Source: Fibrobacterota bacterium (lineage in GTDB: Bacteria > Fibrobacterota > Fibrobacteria > UBA11236). From it: a stretch of DNA of 64,000 nucleotides. Location of the stretch: NCBI GenBank assembly GCA_947482115.1, contig CANKII010000004.1, forward strand, positions 133,304-197,303, read 5' to 3'. The position numbers and the translations under genes are program-made. The notes beneath the pieces were generated by a model, which was given only the letters and a program-made list of their open reading frames with translations, had not been told where the DNA came from and made no database searches. Shown piece after piece: positions 29,275 to 38,041 of the stretch (the first letter of the stretch is position 1; each line of letters starts with the position of its first letter).

Positions 29275-30430
29275 GACTTTCCTCAACTGCGGCAAGCAAC
29301 GCGTCACGCGTTTTGATATAGGCGGGTTCCCACGAATGCTTCGCGGCCCAACGCCGTCCATTGTCAGAAAATTTTTGCCACAACTCCGAATTTTCCAGCA
29401 ATTGTTCCAAGGATTCGGAAAATGCTTTCGCATTTCCGAATGGAACCAGGAATCCGGTTTCTCCATGACGCACGCTGTCGCACAGGCCCGGCACATCGGT
29501 GGCCACGACCGGAGTCCCGCAGGCATTGGCTTCGATGGAAGTCAGTCCCCATCCTTCCTTCAGCGAGGAATTCACCACCACCCGCGCTTCGTGATACAAT
29601 TTCATTTTTTCCGCTTCGCTGACAAATCCGAGAAAATCCACCGAGGATGCCACATCGAGTTCTGCAGCCAATTTTTTCAACCTCGGAACGTCATCCCCCG
29701 AACCCGCCACCGCAAGGCGCAACCCCGGTTTGCGGGGCAAAAGAATGGCCAGCGCCTGCAAAAGAACATCGAGTCCCTTGTAACGCTTCACCCGTCCCAC
29801 ATAAAGAAGTAGTTCCGGTTTTCGCGCCGGTGGATTTGGCAGAACATAACGAGCCAACTCCACGCCTTCGGGAGCAATATCCACCCGCTGAAATCCCTTG
29901 CTTACCTGTTCGCGACGGCTGCTTTCGGATCCGGTGAGCACACGGGTGTTGCGATAACAGAAGGGCATCAGGTTCTCAAAGAAGAGAACATAAAGGGCCA
30001 TGGGCCACGCGGTTTCCCGGAACAAAGCGCGTCCAAACAGATGATGCAACTGCAACACAATGGGACGATTGCAATACCACGGGGTCAGAAAGGCAATCTT
30101 GTTGGAATCATCCAACACCGCGTCGATTCGATATTCCTTACACCAACGGCGCAGATTCCGCCACACGGTAAAATTGAATAGAAATTTTCCGCCGCGTCGT
30201 ATCACTTGAACGTCGTCGATCACCTCTTCAGCGGATCCTCCGGGAAAGGCATGCGAGACTTGAACGCAGAAAAAACCGTCGGCCACCATCCGTCGCGCCA
30301 CTTCGTGCAAATGCACTTCGGCACCGCCGGCTTCCGGATTACGGGGATCGCGCCAGTTCACCAAAAGGAACCGCAACCCGCTTTTGGCGGATTGCGCAAC
30401 GGCAGAATCGTCCTGTTCCTCCCGGCTCAC
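29258..30430 (-). CDS. GT4 glycosyltransferase (group 1)
   Basis: GT-B fold with the C-terminal EGWGLTSIEANACGTPVVATD motif. Confidence 0.75.
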   Translation of the reverse strand: MSREEQDDSAVAQSAKSGLRFLLVNWRDPRNPEAGGAEVHLHEVARRMVADGFFCVQVSHAFPGGSAEEVIDDVQVIRRGGKFLFNFTVWRNLRRWCKEYRIDAVLDDSNKIAFLTPWYCNRPIVLQLHHLFGRALFRETAWPMALYVLFFENLMPFCYRNTRVLTGSESSRREQVSKGFQRVDIAPEGVELARYVLPNPPARKPELLLYVGRVKRYKGLDVLLQALAILLPRKPGLRLAVAGSGDDVPRLKKLAAELDVASSVDFLGFVSEAEKMKLYHEARVVVNSSLKEGWGLTSIEANACGTPVVATDVPGLCDSVRHGETGFLVPFGNAKAFSESLEQLLENSELWQKFSDNGRRWAAKHSWEPAYIKTRDALLAAVEESHGRKV

Positions 30431-30433
30431 GAT

Positions 30434-33286
30434 TTATTTGGCGTGCTTGACCACAACCTGCGATGGTTGCTGCTGGACGGTTCCCGAACCCGGAACAGCC
30501 ACCCGCATTTGCGCGTCAATCTGCTGGATTTGCTGGCCGATGGCACCCGCGTATTGATGACCCGGATTTCGGGAAGCCCACTGTGACATCAATTCACGCG
30601 CATCCTTCAAATCCCCACGGCGTTGGTACAAGCCTGACAGAGTGTACATGGCTTCAAAATCATCCGGGTTTTGCCCGTACAATTCCGTCACGGTGGATTC
30701 CGCCCGCATTTTCTGACCGGCTTGTTCAAAAAGTTGCGCCAGATTCATGGAGAAAATCCGGGAATTGGCCGGACCGGCTGCTTTCAGTCCCAGACGCATG
30801 GCCTCCTCCGCCTTCTGAAGATCGCCGATGTCCGTATACAACTGACCGCGATAGTAATGGACGCGCCATTCATTCGGAAGAATGTGTTCATTCAAGGTGA
30901 AATATTTTTCCGCAAACGCCACCTTTTCCGCTGTCGACTTTTCGAGGGCGGCAATGCGTGCTTTCACCGAATCCGATGGCGCAGCGATCTTGCCCAAGTC
31001 CGTCAATTGTTGATGGATCGCCACAAGACTGTCATGGGGCGCCATTGCAAGACGGAAATTGGAGGAGGAATAATTGGTCAGCAGACCCTGTGTGTTCAAA
31101 TCCACGAACACTTTCGGATCTCCGAGTCCGCGAAAGCGATACACGGAATCCACCAGATGCTGCGTGGAGGCCAGATTGAGTTCCTTGTCCTTTGGTTCTT
31201 CCACCAACGTATAGACCATGCCTTCCATGATGGTGAATTTGTCCAGTCCCATTTCATTCTCATCACCCACGGTGATCGCGAACTGGATGGGATGCTCGGG
31301 GTAATTGTTCATCACGATGTGCAGTACCATGATGTCCTGAACCTTGAGGTACGGCAGCGGCCCGAGTTGATAGTGAATCTTGGAATGGGGGATCTGTATT
31401 TCGAGCGGTCCCTTGCCCGGCCAGGCGATGGGCTCCAGCGCGTCGATTTGCTCGCGCGTGTATCCGATTTTCAAGGCCGGCTCATGATCACGCAATTGCT
31501 GGATGTACCAGTTGGTGTTGACCAGCGAAAGGTTCACCACGCGAACGTCCTGACGAACATGCTCCGCCTCCTGCAAAAACCAAAGGGGGAAGGTATCGTT
31601 GTCCCCATTGGTGAAGAGGATCGCATTCGGCTTGCAGGACATTAAAAGATTGTAGGCGTAGTCCCACGGGACGTAATTTCCCGCACGACTCTTCTCATGC
31701 CAGTTCGACCATGCGGGAACGGCCACGGAAAGACTGATCAACGCCAGACCTGCAGGCCGCACAAGGGATCCCCTGCGCGCTGCAATCCAACGCAACAGGA
31801 ACGACGCTGAAACCCCGAAAAGAATTCCCATGAACATGAACGCCGGAGTGAAGAAGTAATCGCGTTCACGCACTTCCATGTGCACCGGAGGCGGCTTTTG
31901 ATTCACATCAAAACCCGTGGACTTCCAATAGTCGTAGTCGCGCATTTCGAGCTGGGTGCCATCGGCGAAATTCATGTAGAAGATCATCCCAAAGCTGGTA
32001 AGTCCGTAAAGCATCAGCAGGTAAATACCCAAGTGCTTGTTGTGGCGGTACGCCAGATAGCCACCATAAATAAAGAAGACATGCAGCAGCACGAAGAAGA
32101 GGAACATCACCTGCGGTTTGTCCTGCAACTTGAGATAGGAAGTTGAAAACAACTTCTCTTTTCCGAACACATGACGACGCACCGGTTCGCTTTCATCCGC
32201 CCGCGCCTCACCCACCTTCCACGGGAAGTATTGGGCCAGCAGGTAACCCCCGAAACCCATGTGCGGATGAATCAAAATCTGGTTCTGAAGATGGGCGCGG
32301 CGGTGGAAGGCGCGATTAAACATGGATTCGCTGCCGTATTGCTTGCGCTCGAGGTATTCCTTGAAGGCGTTCGTCTTCGAAGGGTTGAGAAGATTTTCCG
32401 CATCATACTTGTTCCAGTAAACACCGCCCTCGTCAATGTTCGGATTGGTGGAGGAGCGGATGGGAACGTAGAGGTACATGGAAAACCCGAGCAGCGCCGC
32501 CGCGGAAATCCAGCTGGCAAGCGACCAGCGCCGCTTCCACAACGGAGACTTGGAGAGAAGCGTGCCGATAAGGCAGATAATCAGGGCGGATCCGACATAA
32601 AAGTGAAAGTTGCCGATGTCAAAGAGAATGGACAACAGCATGACGCCTGAGTAAATGAGGGGAATGTTCGTCCGGTTTTCCTTGTCCGAAATGATGAGCA
32701 GCAGGCCCACGACAGGAATAATCTGGAAGGCAAAATGGCTGATGCCCATGCCCACACAGGCCACATAGGCGATGAGAATCAAGGTGCGATCGGCAATGGC
32801 ACTTCCACGGTTCTCATACCAGAACAACGCCAGCCACGCTTCGATCATCATCACCAGCATGGAAAGCGTGTACATCTCGGCTTCCACCGAGCTGAACCAG
32901 AACGTGTCGCAATAGGTGACGAGAAATGAGGCAACCACAGCGCCGGAATAAACCACAAAGCGGGATACGCTGCCACGGAACACAAGGCGTAAAAATTTGA
33001 CCGTGAACAGGAACACCATCAGGACGCTCAAAGCTCCCGCAAGCGCCGCGAGGAAATTCATGCGCGTCGCGAGCTCCTTGATGGGAATGATGAGCATGAA
33101 CACCCGCCCAATAAGAAGGAACATGGGATTTCCCGGCGGATGCGGATTTCCGAGGATGCTGGCAGAGGCCAGAAACTCTCCGCAGTCCCAAAAGGACATG
33201 GTCGGAGCCATGGTCACCAGATAGGTGCCAAGAGCCACGAAGAATACCATCGCGGCTAGAATGCGTTGCAGGGTTTTGTCATTCAT
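30434..33286 (-). CDS. DUF2723-family GT-C membrane glycosyltransferase (TMEM260/PMT-like) with C-terminal TPR repeats
   Basis: N-terminal MSFWDCGEFLASASILGNPHPPGNP (DUF2723 hallmark), about 11 or more TM helices, and a soluble C-terminal TPR region. It is 950 aa. Confidence 0.7.
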   Translation of the reverse strand: MNDKTLQRILAAMVFFVALGTYLVTMAPTMSFWDCGEFLASASILGNPHPPGNPMFLLIGRVFMLIIPIKELATRMNFLAALAGALSVLMVFLFTVKFLRLVFRGSVSRFVVYSGAVVASFLVTYCDTFWFSSVEAEMYTLSMLVMMIEAWLALFWYENRGSAIADRTLILIAYVACVGMGISHFAFQIIPVVGLLLIISDKENRTNIPLIYSGVMLLSILFDIGNFHFYVGSALIICLIGTLLSKSPLWKRRWSLASWISAAALLGFSMYLYVPIRSSTNPNIDEGGVYWNKYDAENLLNPSKTNAFKEYLERKQYGSESMFNRAFHRRAHLQNQILIHPHMGFGGYLLAQYFPWKVGEARADESEPVRRHVFGKEKLFSTSYLKLQDKPQVMFLFFVLLHVFFIYGGYLAYRHNKHLGIYLLMLYGLTSFGMIFYMNFADGTQLEMRDYDYWKSTGFDVNQKPPPVHMEVRERDYFFTPAFMFMGILFGVSASFLLRWIAARRGSLVRPAGLALISLSVAVPAWSNWHEKSRAGNYVPWDYAYNLLMSCKPNAILFTNGDNDTFPLWFLQEAEHVRQDVRVVNLSLVNTNWYIQQLRDHEPALKIGYTREQIDALEPIAWPGKGPLEIQIPHSKIHYQLGPLPYLKVQDIMVLHIVMNNYPEHPIQFAITVGDENEMGLDKFTIMEGMVYTLVEEPKDKELNLASTQHLVDSVYRFRGLGDPKVFVDLNTQGLLTNYSSSNFRLAMAPHDSLVAIHQQLTDLGKIAAPSDSVKARIAALEKSTAEKVAFAEKYFTLNEHILPNEWRVHYYRGQLYTDIGDLQKAEEAMRLGLKAAGPANSRIFSMNLAQLFEQAGQKMRAESTVTELYGQNPDDFEAMYTLSGLYQRRGDLKDARELMSQWASRNPGHQYAGAIGQQIQQIDAQMRVAVPGSGTVQQQPSQVVVKHAK

Positions 33287-33792
33287 GATTCGTCCTTGTT
33301 CGATTCGGATTCAGGGGCAGATTCAGGTTTGGATTCAAGTTCGGAAATTTCGGATTCAGGCGGAGGATTCAACAACTGGCGCGAGATGGCGTCCAGAATG
33401 CCGTTCACAAAACGGCTGCTGTTTTCAGCGGAGAATTTTTTGGCGATTTCAACGGCCTCGTTGATGCACACCTTGGAGGGTACATCGGGCTCGCTGATCA
33501 GTTCGGCAATGGCCATGCGAAGAATGATGCGATCCAGCACCGCAAGGCGGCTCACATCCCAGTGTTCGGAAGCGCCCTGAATGAGCCGGTCAATCTCGCC
33601 GCCGCGCATGCGCACGGTGCGCGCAAGTTGAAGCCCGTATTCCTTGGCATCGGCAGGCACAGGTCCGTCCTCGGAAGTCGCAATGCGATCGGCAACTTTC
33701 TCGAGGGTTTCCCCTCCCACTTCGGATGCATAGAGCACTTGCATGGTGAATTCACGTCCCCTACGCCGAGATATCATGGAAGTTTTTCCCAC
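33283..33792 (-). CDS. nusB: transcription antitermination factor NusB (with acidic C-terminal tail)
   Basis: FTMQVLYASEVGGE... NusB fold plus a low-complexity PESE-rich tail. Confidence 0.8.
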   Translation of the reverse strand: MGKTSMISRRRGREFTMQVLYASEVGGETLEKVADRIATSEDGPVPADAKEYGLQLARTVRMRGGEIDRLIQGASEHWDVSRLAVLDRIILRMAIAELISEPDVPSKVCINEAVEIAKKFSAENSSRFVNGILDAISRQLLNPPPESEISELESKPESAPESESNKDES

Positions 33793-34247
33793 AGGCTGGC
33801 CATTTCAATCACGGCAAGCGCCGCATCCCAACCTTTATTGCCGGCCTTGGCGCCTGCGCGTTCCAAAGCCTGTTCCAGATTCTCAGTGGTCAATACGCCG
33901 AAAGTCACCGGAGCTTTTCCCTGCAAGGCAATTTCACCCACACCCTGTGTGACCAATGAAACCACCTGTTCAAAATGCGGGGTGCCGCCGCGAATCACAC
34001 AGCCCAACGTGATCAACCCGTCAAACTTTTCCGAATCGGAAAGATGGCGCAAGGCTTGAGGAATTTCTCCGGCGCCGGGAACCCACACCACGGTGATGTC
34101 TTTTTCGAGAACACCATGACGCAACAGACAATCCTGGGCACCGTTCAACAACTCGCGGGTCACCAAAGAATTGAAACGTGAAACCACAATGCCAAAGGAT
34201 TTCCCCGCAGCGTTCAGCTGCCCTTCAAGAAGGTTTATCCCACTCAT
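33774..34247 (-). CDS. ribH: 6,7-dimethyl-8-ribityllumazine synthase
   Basis: ...FGIVVSRFNSLVTRELLNGAQD... Confidence 0.9.
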   Translation of the reverse strand: MSGINLLEGQLNAAGKSFGIVVSRFNSLVTRELLNGAQDCLLRHGVLEKDITVVWVPGAGEIPQALRHLSDSEKFDGLITLGCVIRGGTPHFEQVVSLVTQGVGEIALQGKAPVTFGVLTTENLEQALERAGAKAGNKGWDAALAVIEMASLWEKLP

Positions 34248-35425
34248 GCCTTCTCCTTTTCCCGAACGGATTTTCCGCGTGAACGAGCGGTGACGGGGAA
34301 AGGGGATTGACGCGCAATGCGCAAACCGTAACCTTCAAGTCCCTGAATGCGTTTGGGATGATTGGTCAAAAGATTCAGGCGCCTTACTCCCAGTTCAAAA
34401 AGAATCTGGGCTCCAATGCCGTAAGTGCGTGCGTCCATGGATGCTCCGTGATGAAAATGCGGACGCCCTTTGGCGCGACTGCGGGACTGGGCGTCTTCCG
34501 CCGCATACCCCTCGAGCTTGCGCGCGAAATCCTCTTCGGGATGAACCTGTCGCATGTAAAGAAAGACGCCGCCTTCGCGGCCAATGACACGCAATCCCTG
34601 TTGCAGCAAATCCCCGCAATCGCATCGATCCGAACCAAATGCGTCTCCAAACAAACATTCGGAGTGAACCCGCACGGGCATCACTTTGGTCGGGGAAATT
34701 TCACCGTGGACCAGGGCCAGATGCTTGCGGCCATGAATGACATCTTCATAGACATGGGCCTGAAATTCACCGTGGGATGTCGGCAACTGGAAAACCCCTG
34801 CCGCATTCACCAGTTTCTCACTGGCGCGGCGGTACTGAATGAGATCTTCCACTGAAATGATTTTGAGCTTGTGGGTTTTGGCAAAACGCATGCAATCGGG
34901 AAGCCGGGCCATGGAGCCATCTTCATTCATGATTTCGCAAATCACACCGGCGCAACCCAGATTTGCCATCCGCACCAAATCCACCGCCGCCTCGGTATGA
35001 CCGGCACGCACCAAGACCCCACCACGCCGCGCTTTAATCGGAAAAACATGGCCGGGGCTTACAAAGGCTTCGGGTCCTGATTTCTCATCGGCCAAAGCCA
35101 ATGCGGTGATATTGCGATCGGCAGCGGAAATTCCCGTTGTTGTGCCTTCGCGTGCCTCAACGGACACGGTAAAGGCGGTTTCATGACGGGAACGATTGCG
35201 CTCCGTCATGGGCGGGAGACGCAATTCCTCGACGCGATCTTCTGTTAGTGCCACACAAATCAAACCGCGGGCATGCTTCGCCAAAAAATTGATTTTCGCA
35301 GGCGTGGATTTACTGGCCGCAAAAACCACGTCCCCTTCGTTCTCGCGGCTCTTGTCATCTACCACCACAATGGAACGGCCGCGCCGCAAATCGGCAATGG
35401 CTTCAGGGATGCTATGAAATTGCAT
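34244..35425 (-). CDS. ribBA: bifunctional 3,4-dihydroxy-2-butanone-4-phosphate synthase / GTP cyclohydrolase II
   Basis: ...RENEGDVVFAASK... (DHBP synthase) plus a C-terminal GTP cyclohydrolase II domain. Confidence 0.9.
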   Translation of the reverse strand: MQFHSIPEAIADLRRGRSIVVVDDKSRENEGDVVFAASKSTPAKINFLAKHARGLICVALTEDRVEELRLPPMTERNRSRHETAFTVSVEAREGTTTGISAADRNITALALADEKSGPEAFVSPGHVFPIKARRGGVLVRAGHTEAAVDLVRMANLGCAGVICEIMNEDGSMARLPDCMRFAKTHKLKIISVEDLIQYRRASEKLVNAAGVFQLPTSHGEFQAHVYEDVIHGRKHLALVHGEISPTKVMPVRVHSECLFGDAFGSDRCDCGDLLQQGLRVIGREGGVFLYMRQVHPEEDFARKLEGYAAEDAQSRSRAKGRPHFHHGASMDARTYGIGAQILFELGVRRLNLLTNHPKRIQGLEGYGLRIARQSPFPVTARSRGKSVREKEKA

Positions 35426-36080
35426 AGCCCCACTTTTCCATTTTGGCTTCGGTAATCATTGTCTGTACGGGTGACCCATGGGTCACCCGTACAGACAATT
35501 GCCGTTCCACATATTTCGCCAACACATCCACTTCAAAATTGAGATGGGTTCCAACTTCGGCCTGGATCAAATTCGTGACTTCCAAGGTGTGCGGGATGAT
35601 TGCAAAGCGCAGACAATCGCCTTCAACCGCCGCAATGGTGAGGCTGATCCCGGACAAGGTTAGTGAACCTTTATAAACGCAATAAGGAAGAAATTCGGAT
35701 GGCAAACGGATGGTGATTTCACGCCCTTCTCCGGCTGCAAGGAATTCCACCGCAATAACTTTGCATACACCATCGACATGGCCCATCACAAAATGGCCAC
35801 CCATGGGTGTTTGCGGAGTCAACGCAGATTCCAGATTCACTCCATCGCCAACTTTCCAGGTTCCCAAGGTTGTTTTATCCAAAGTTTCGGGAACCGCACT
35901 CACCGAAAACTCGATGGGGTTGCATTGTTCCACAGTCAGACAAACACCATCACAAGCCACGCTATCGCCGATTTTCAATTTTGGGGAAAGTACAGGGGCT
36001 TTTAAGGAAAAGCGCATAGCCTTTCCTGCCGGGATGCATTCCCGGATTTCACCCAACTCTTCAACAATTCCGGTAAACAT
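35412..36080 (-). CDS. ribE: riboflavin synthase alpha subunit
   Basis: MFTGIVEELGEI..., duplicated lumazine-binding repeats. Confidence 0.9.
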   Translation of the reverse strand: MFTGIVEELGEIRECIPAGKAMRFSLKAPVLSPKLKIGDSVACDGVCLTVEQCNPIEFSVSAVPETLDKTTLGTWKVGDGVNLESALTPQTPMGGHFVMGHVDGVCKVIAVEFLAAGEGREITIRLPSEFLPYCVYKGSLTLSGISLTIAAVEGDCLRFAIIPHTLEVTNLIQAEVGTHLNFEVDVLAKYVERQLSVRVTHGSPVQTMITEAKMEKWGYAIS

Positions 36081-36086
36081 CCCGTT

Positions 36087-37100
36087 TTAAGCCCGTCGGA
36101 ATTCGGCCAAAACATCCGGCCCGAAGGGGGTAAATCTATGAAATTTAAGGGATTTAACCCATCCCGGACGCAGGTTCCCGTCCCAACGCTCCCCTTTGGG
36201 TAACAATTTGGGGCCCGTGAACAAATAAAGGGCATCACATAATCCGGCATTCAGAAAAGGGGTCCATATCCCACGCCCACCCTCCAAAAGCACCATGTGA
36301 TAACCTTTTTCCTCGAATACCCGCATCAAAGACAACACCAACCCTTTTTCAGGGAAAGACAATGCCAAAGTGGGAGGCTGACGGCTCTTGGCAAAAAGCT
36401 GAAAACGGGAATCGAGTCGATTTTTTCGGGTCAAAACCAATGCCTGTGGGGCCACTCCTCCGACCAGTCTGGGCGTGAGATCGGGATTATCACTGCGTAA
36501 GGTCTCACCTCCAATGAGGATCGCATCTACTCTTGACCGCAACAAATGGGCAAATCTTTGTGACTCTAATCCTGTGATTTTGGTCTCAACGCCGCTTTGG
36601 GCATTGATGCGGCCATCCAGGCTTTGAGCGATTTTGATCACGATTTTGGGACGGCCCTGTTTGATGTAAAAGAAAAATCCCTCGTAAAATTTTTCGCCGC
36701 GCTCCTTCAATAAACCGGTCTCTATTTCGATGCCTGCACGTCGCAACTCGGAAAAACCACGTCCGGAAACCTTCGGGTTGGGATCGGAACAAGCCGCCAC
36801 TACGCGTTTTACACCTGCTTCTATCAAAGCCCGGGTGCAGGGAGGAGTTTTTCCGTGATGACAACAAGGTTCCAGAGTCACATACAAGGTCGCTCCGGCA
36901 GCAGATTTACGAGCCTGCTCCAAAGCCACTATTTCGGCATGGGCTTGTCCCGCCGGACGAGTCCCACCCTTGCCCACCACCCTGCCATTCTTGACAAGCA
37001 CCGCTCCCACAGGCGGATTCGGCAAGGTTCTGCCTTTGACTTTTTCCGCCTCAGCAAAGGCCAATTCCATGAACCGGCAATCCAAATCCGCACTTTTCAT
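36087..37100 (-). CDS. ribD: bifunctional diaminohydroxyphosphoribosylaminopyrimidine deaminase / 5-amino-6-(5-phosphoribosylamino)uracil reductase
   Basis: ...HAEIVALEQA... deaminase zinc motif plus a reductase domain. The start is probably MKSADLDC... Confidence 0.85.
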   Translation of the reverse strand: MKSADLDCRFMELAFAEAEKVKGRTLPNPPVGAVLVKNGRVVGKGGTRPAGQAHAEIVALEQARKSAAGATLYVTLEPCCHHGKTPPCTRALIEAGVKRVVAACSDPNPKVSGRGFSELRRAGIEIETGLLKERGEKFYEGFFFYIKQGRPKIVIKIAQSLDGRINAQSGVETKITGLESQRFAHLLRSRVDAILIGGETLRSDNPDLTPRLVGGVAPQALVLTRKNRLDSRFQLFAKSRQPPTLALSFPEKGLVLSLMRVFEEKGYHMVLLEGGRGIWTPFLNAGLCDALYLFTGPKLLPKGERWDGNLRPGWVKSLKFHRFTPFGPDVLAEFRRA

Positions 37101-37163
37101 GGGATTAAAGAGAGTATTTTTGTGGATAGTGATTTCCGGAAAGTTCCGTAAGGCCACATACTC

Positions 37164-37967
37164 ATGAATGAAGCTGCACTAAAAACCGATTTTCTTGAAG
37201 CCCTGCGCGATCATGAAATTGGCGACAGTGTCTTGGATTATGTCCCGGACATTTATTTCTTCGTCAAGAACGACAATGGCCGTTTCGTCATGTCCAACCG
37301 TAATTTCTGGGAAAAGATGGGGCTCTCTTCCGAAGACCAGTTGATTGGTCTCACCGATCGGGATCTGTTCTGGCGGAACCAGGCTGAGTTGTATCAGCGC
37401 GATGATCAGGCTGTTTTAAAATCCGGACAGCCGCAGATCGACAAAAAGGAATTGATTCCCACCGCCGATGGCCTTGTGGATTGGTATCAAACCACCAAGG
37501 TTCCCGTGCATGGAAAAGACGGCGGCATCATCGGTGTTGCCGGTGTCTCCAAAGATTTACGCCGGGCGAATTCTGCGCTGCAGCCTTATCGCGCCATGGA
37601 GCCGGTGATTCAACACATCCTGCAGAATTATTCCAATCCCATTCAAACGGGAAGCCTCGCCGTAATGACCGGCATGAGCTCCCCGTCGTTTGCCCGACGC
37701 TTCAAGCGCGAATTCCAGGTAACGCCCAACCGCTATCTCACCATGGTGCGATTGAACGTGGCCTGCCGCCTTTTGACCAGCACGCAAAAATCCATTTCCG
37801 ACATTGCCATCGAAGCCGGATTCTACGATCACAGTTTCTTCACCAAGCAATTCGCGAAGTACAAGAACATGACCCCGAAGGAATTCCGCCGCAAGTTTCA
37901 GGACATGCCGGAACAGGCACGCTTCTTTCCGCTGGGCAGAATCAGCGAGTTTGAAGGCGACGTCTGA
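37164..37967 (+). CDS. AraC-family transcriptional regulator with N-terminal PAS-like sensor domain
   Basis: C-terminal HTH_AraC (...SISDIAIEAGFYDHSFFTKQFAKYKNMTPKEFRR). It is divergent from the rib operon. Confidence 0.75.
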   Translation: MNEAALKTDFLEALRDHEIGDSVLDYVPDIYFFVKNDNGRFVMSNRNFWEKMGLSSEDQLIGLTDRDLFWRNQAELYQRDDQAVLKSGQPQIDKKELIPTADGLVDWYQTTKVPVHGKDGGIIGVAGVSKDLRRANSALQPYRAMEPVIQHILQNYSNPIQTGSLAVMTGMSSPSFARRFKREFQVTPNRYLTMVRLNVACRLLTSTQKSISDIAIEAGFYDHSFFTKQFAKYKNMTPKEFRRKFQDMPEQARFFPLGRISEFEGDV

Positions 37968-37990
37968 TTCAGGACGGATAGAGTTGAAAA

Positions 37991-38023
37991 AAGAAAGCCC
38001 CGCAGAAGCGGGGCTTTCTTTTT
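37991..38023. terminator. bidirectional rho-independent terminator (convergent AraC-family gene and secDF)
   Basis: AAAAAA gaaagccccgc-agaa-gcggggctttc TTTTTAT, an 11-bp perfect stem flanked by A- and T-runs. Confidence 0.8.
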
Positions 38024-38041
38024 ATGGGTCTTTCAGATTTC

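Noticed and set aside
30671-31645. 324-aa plus-strand ORF
   Set aside because: Antisense shadow of the DUF2723 GT-C gene.
33757-33783. CCCCTACGCC, resembling one arm of the REP element
   Set aside because: There is no inverted partner nearby. It lies within the nusB start region and is likely coincidental.
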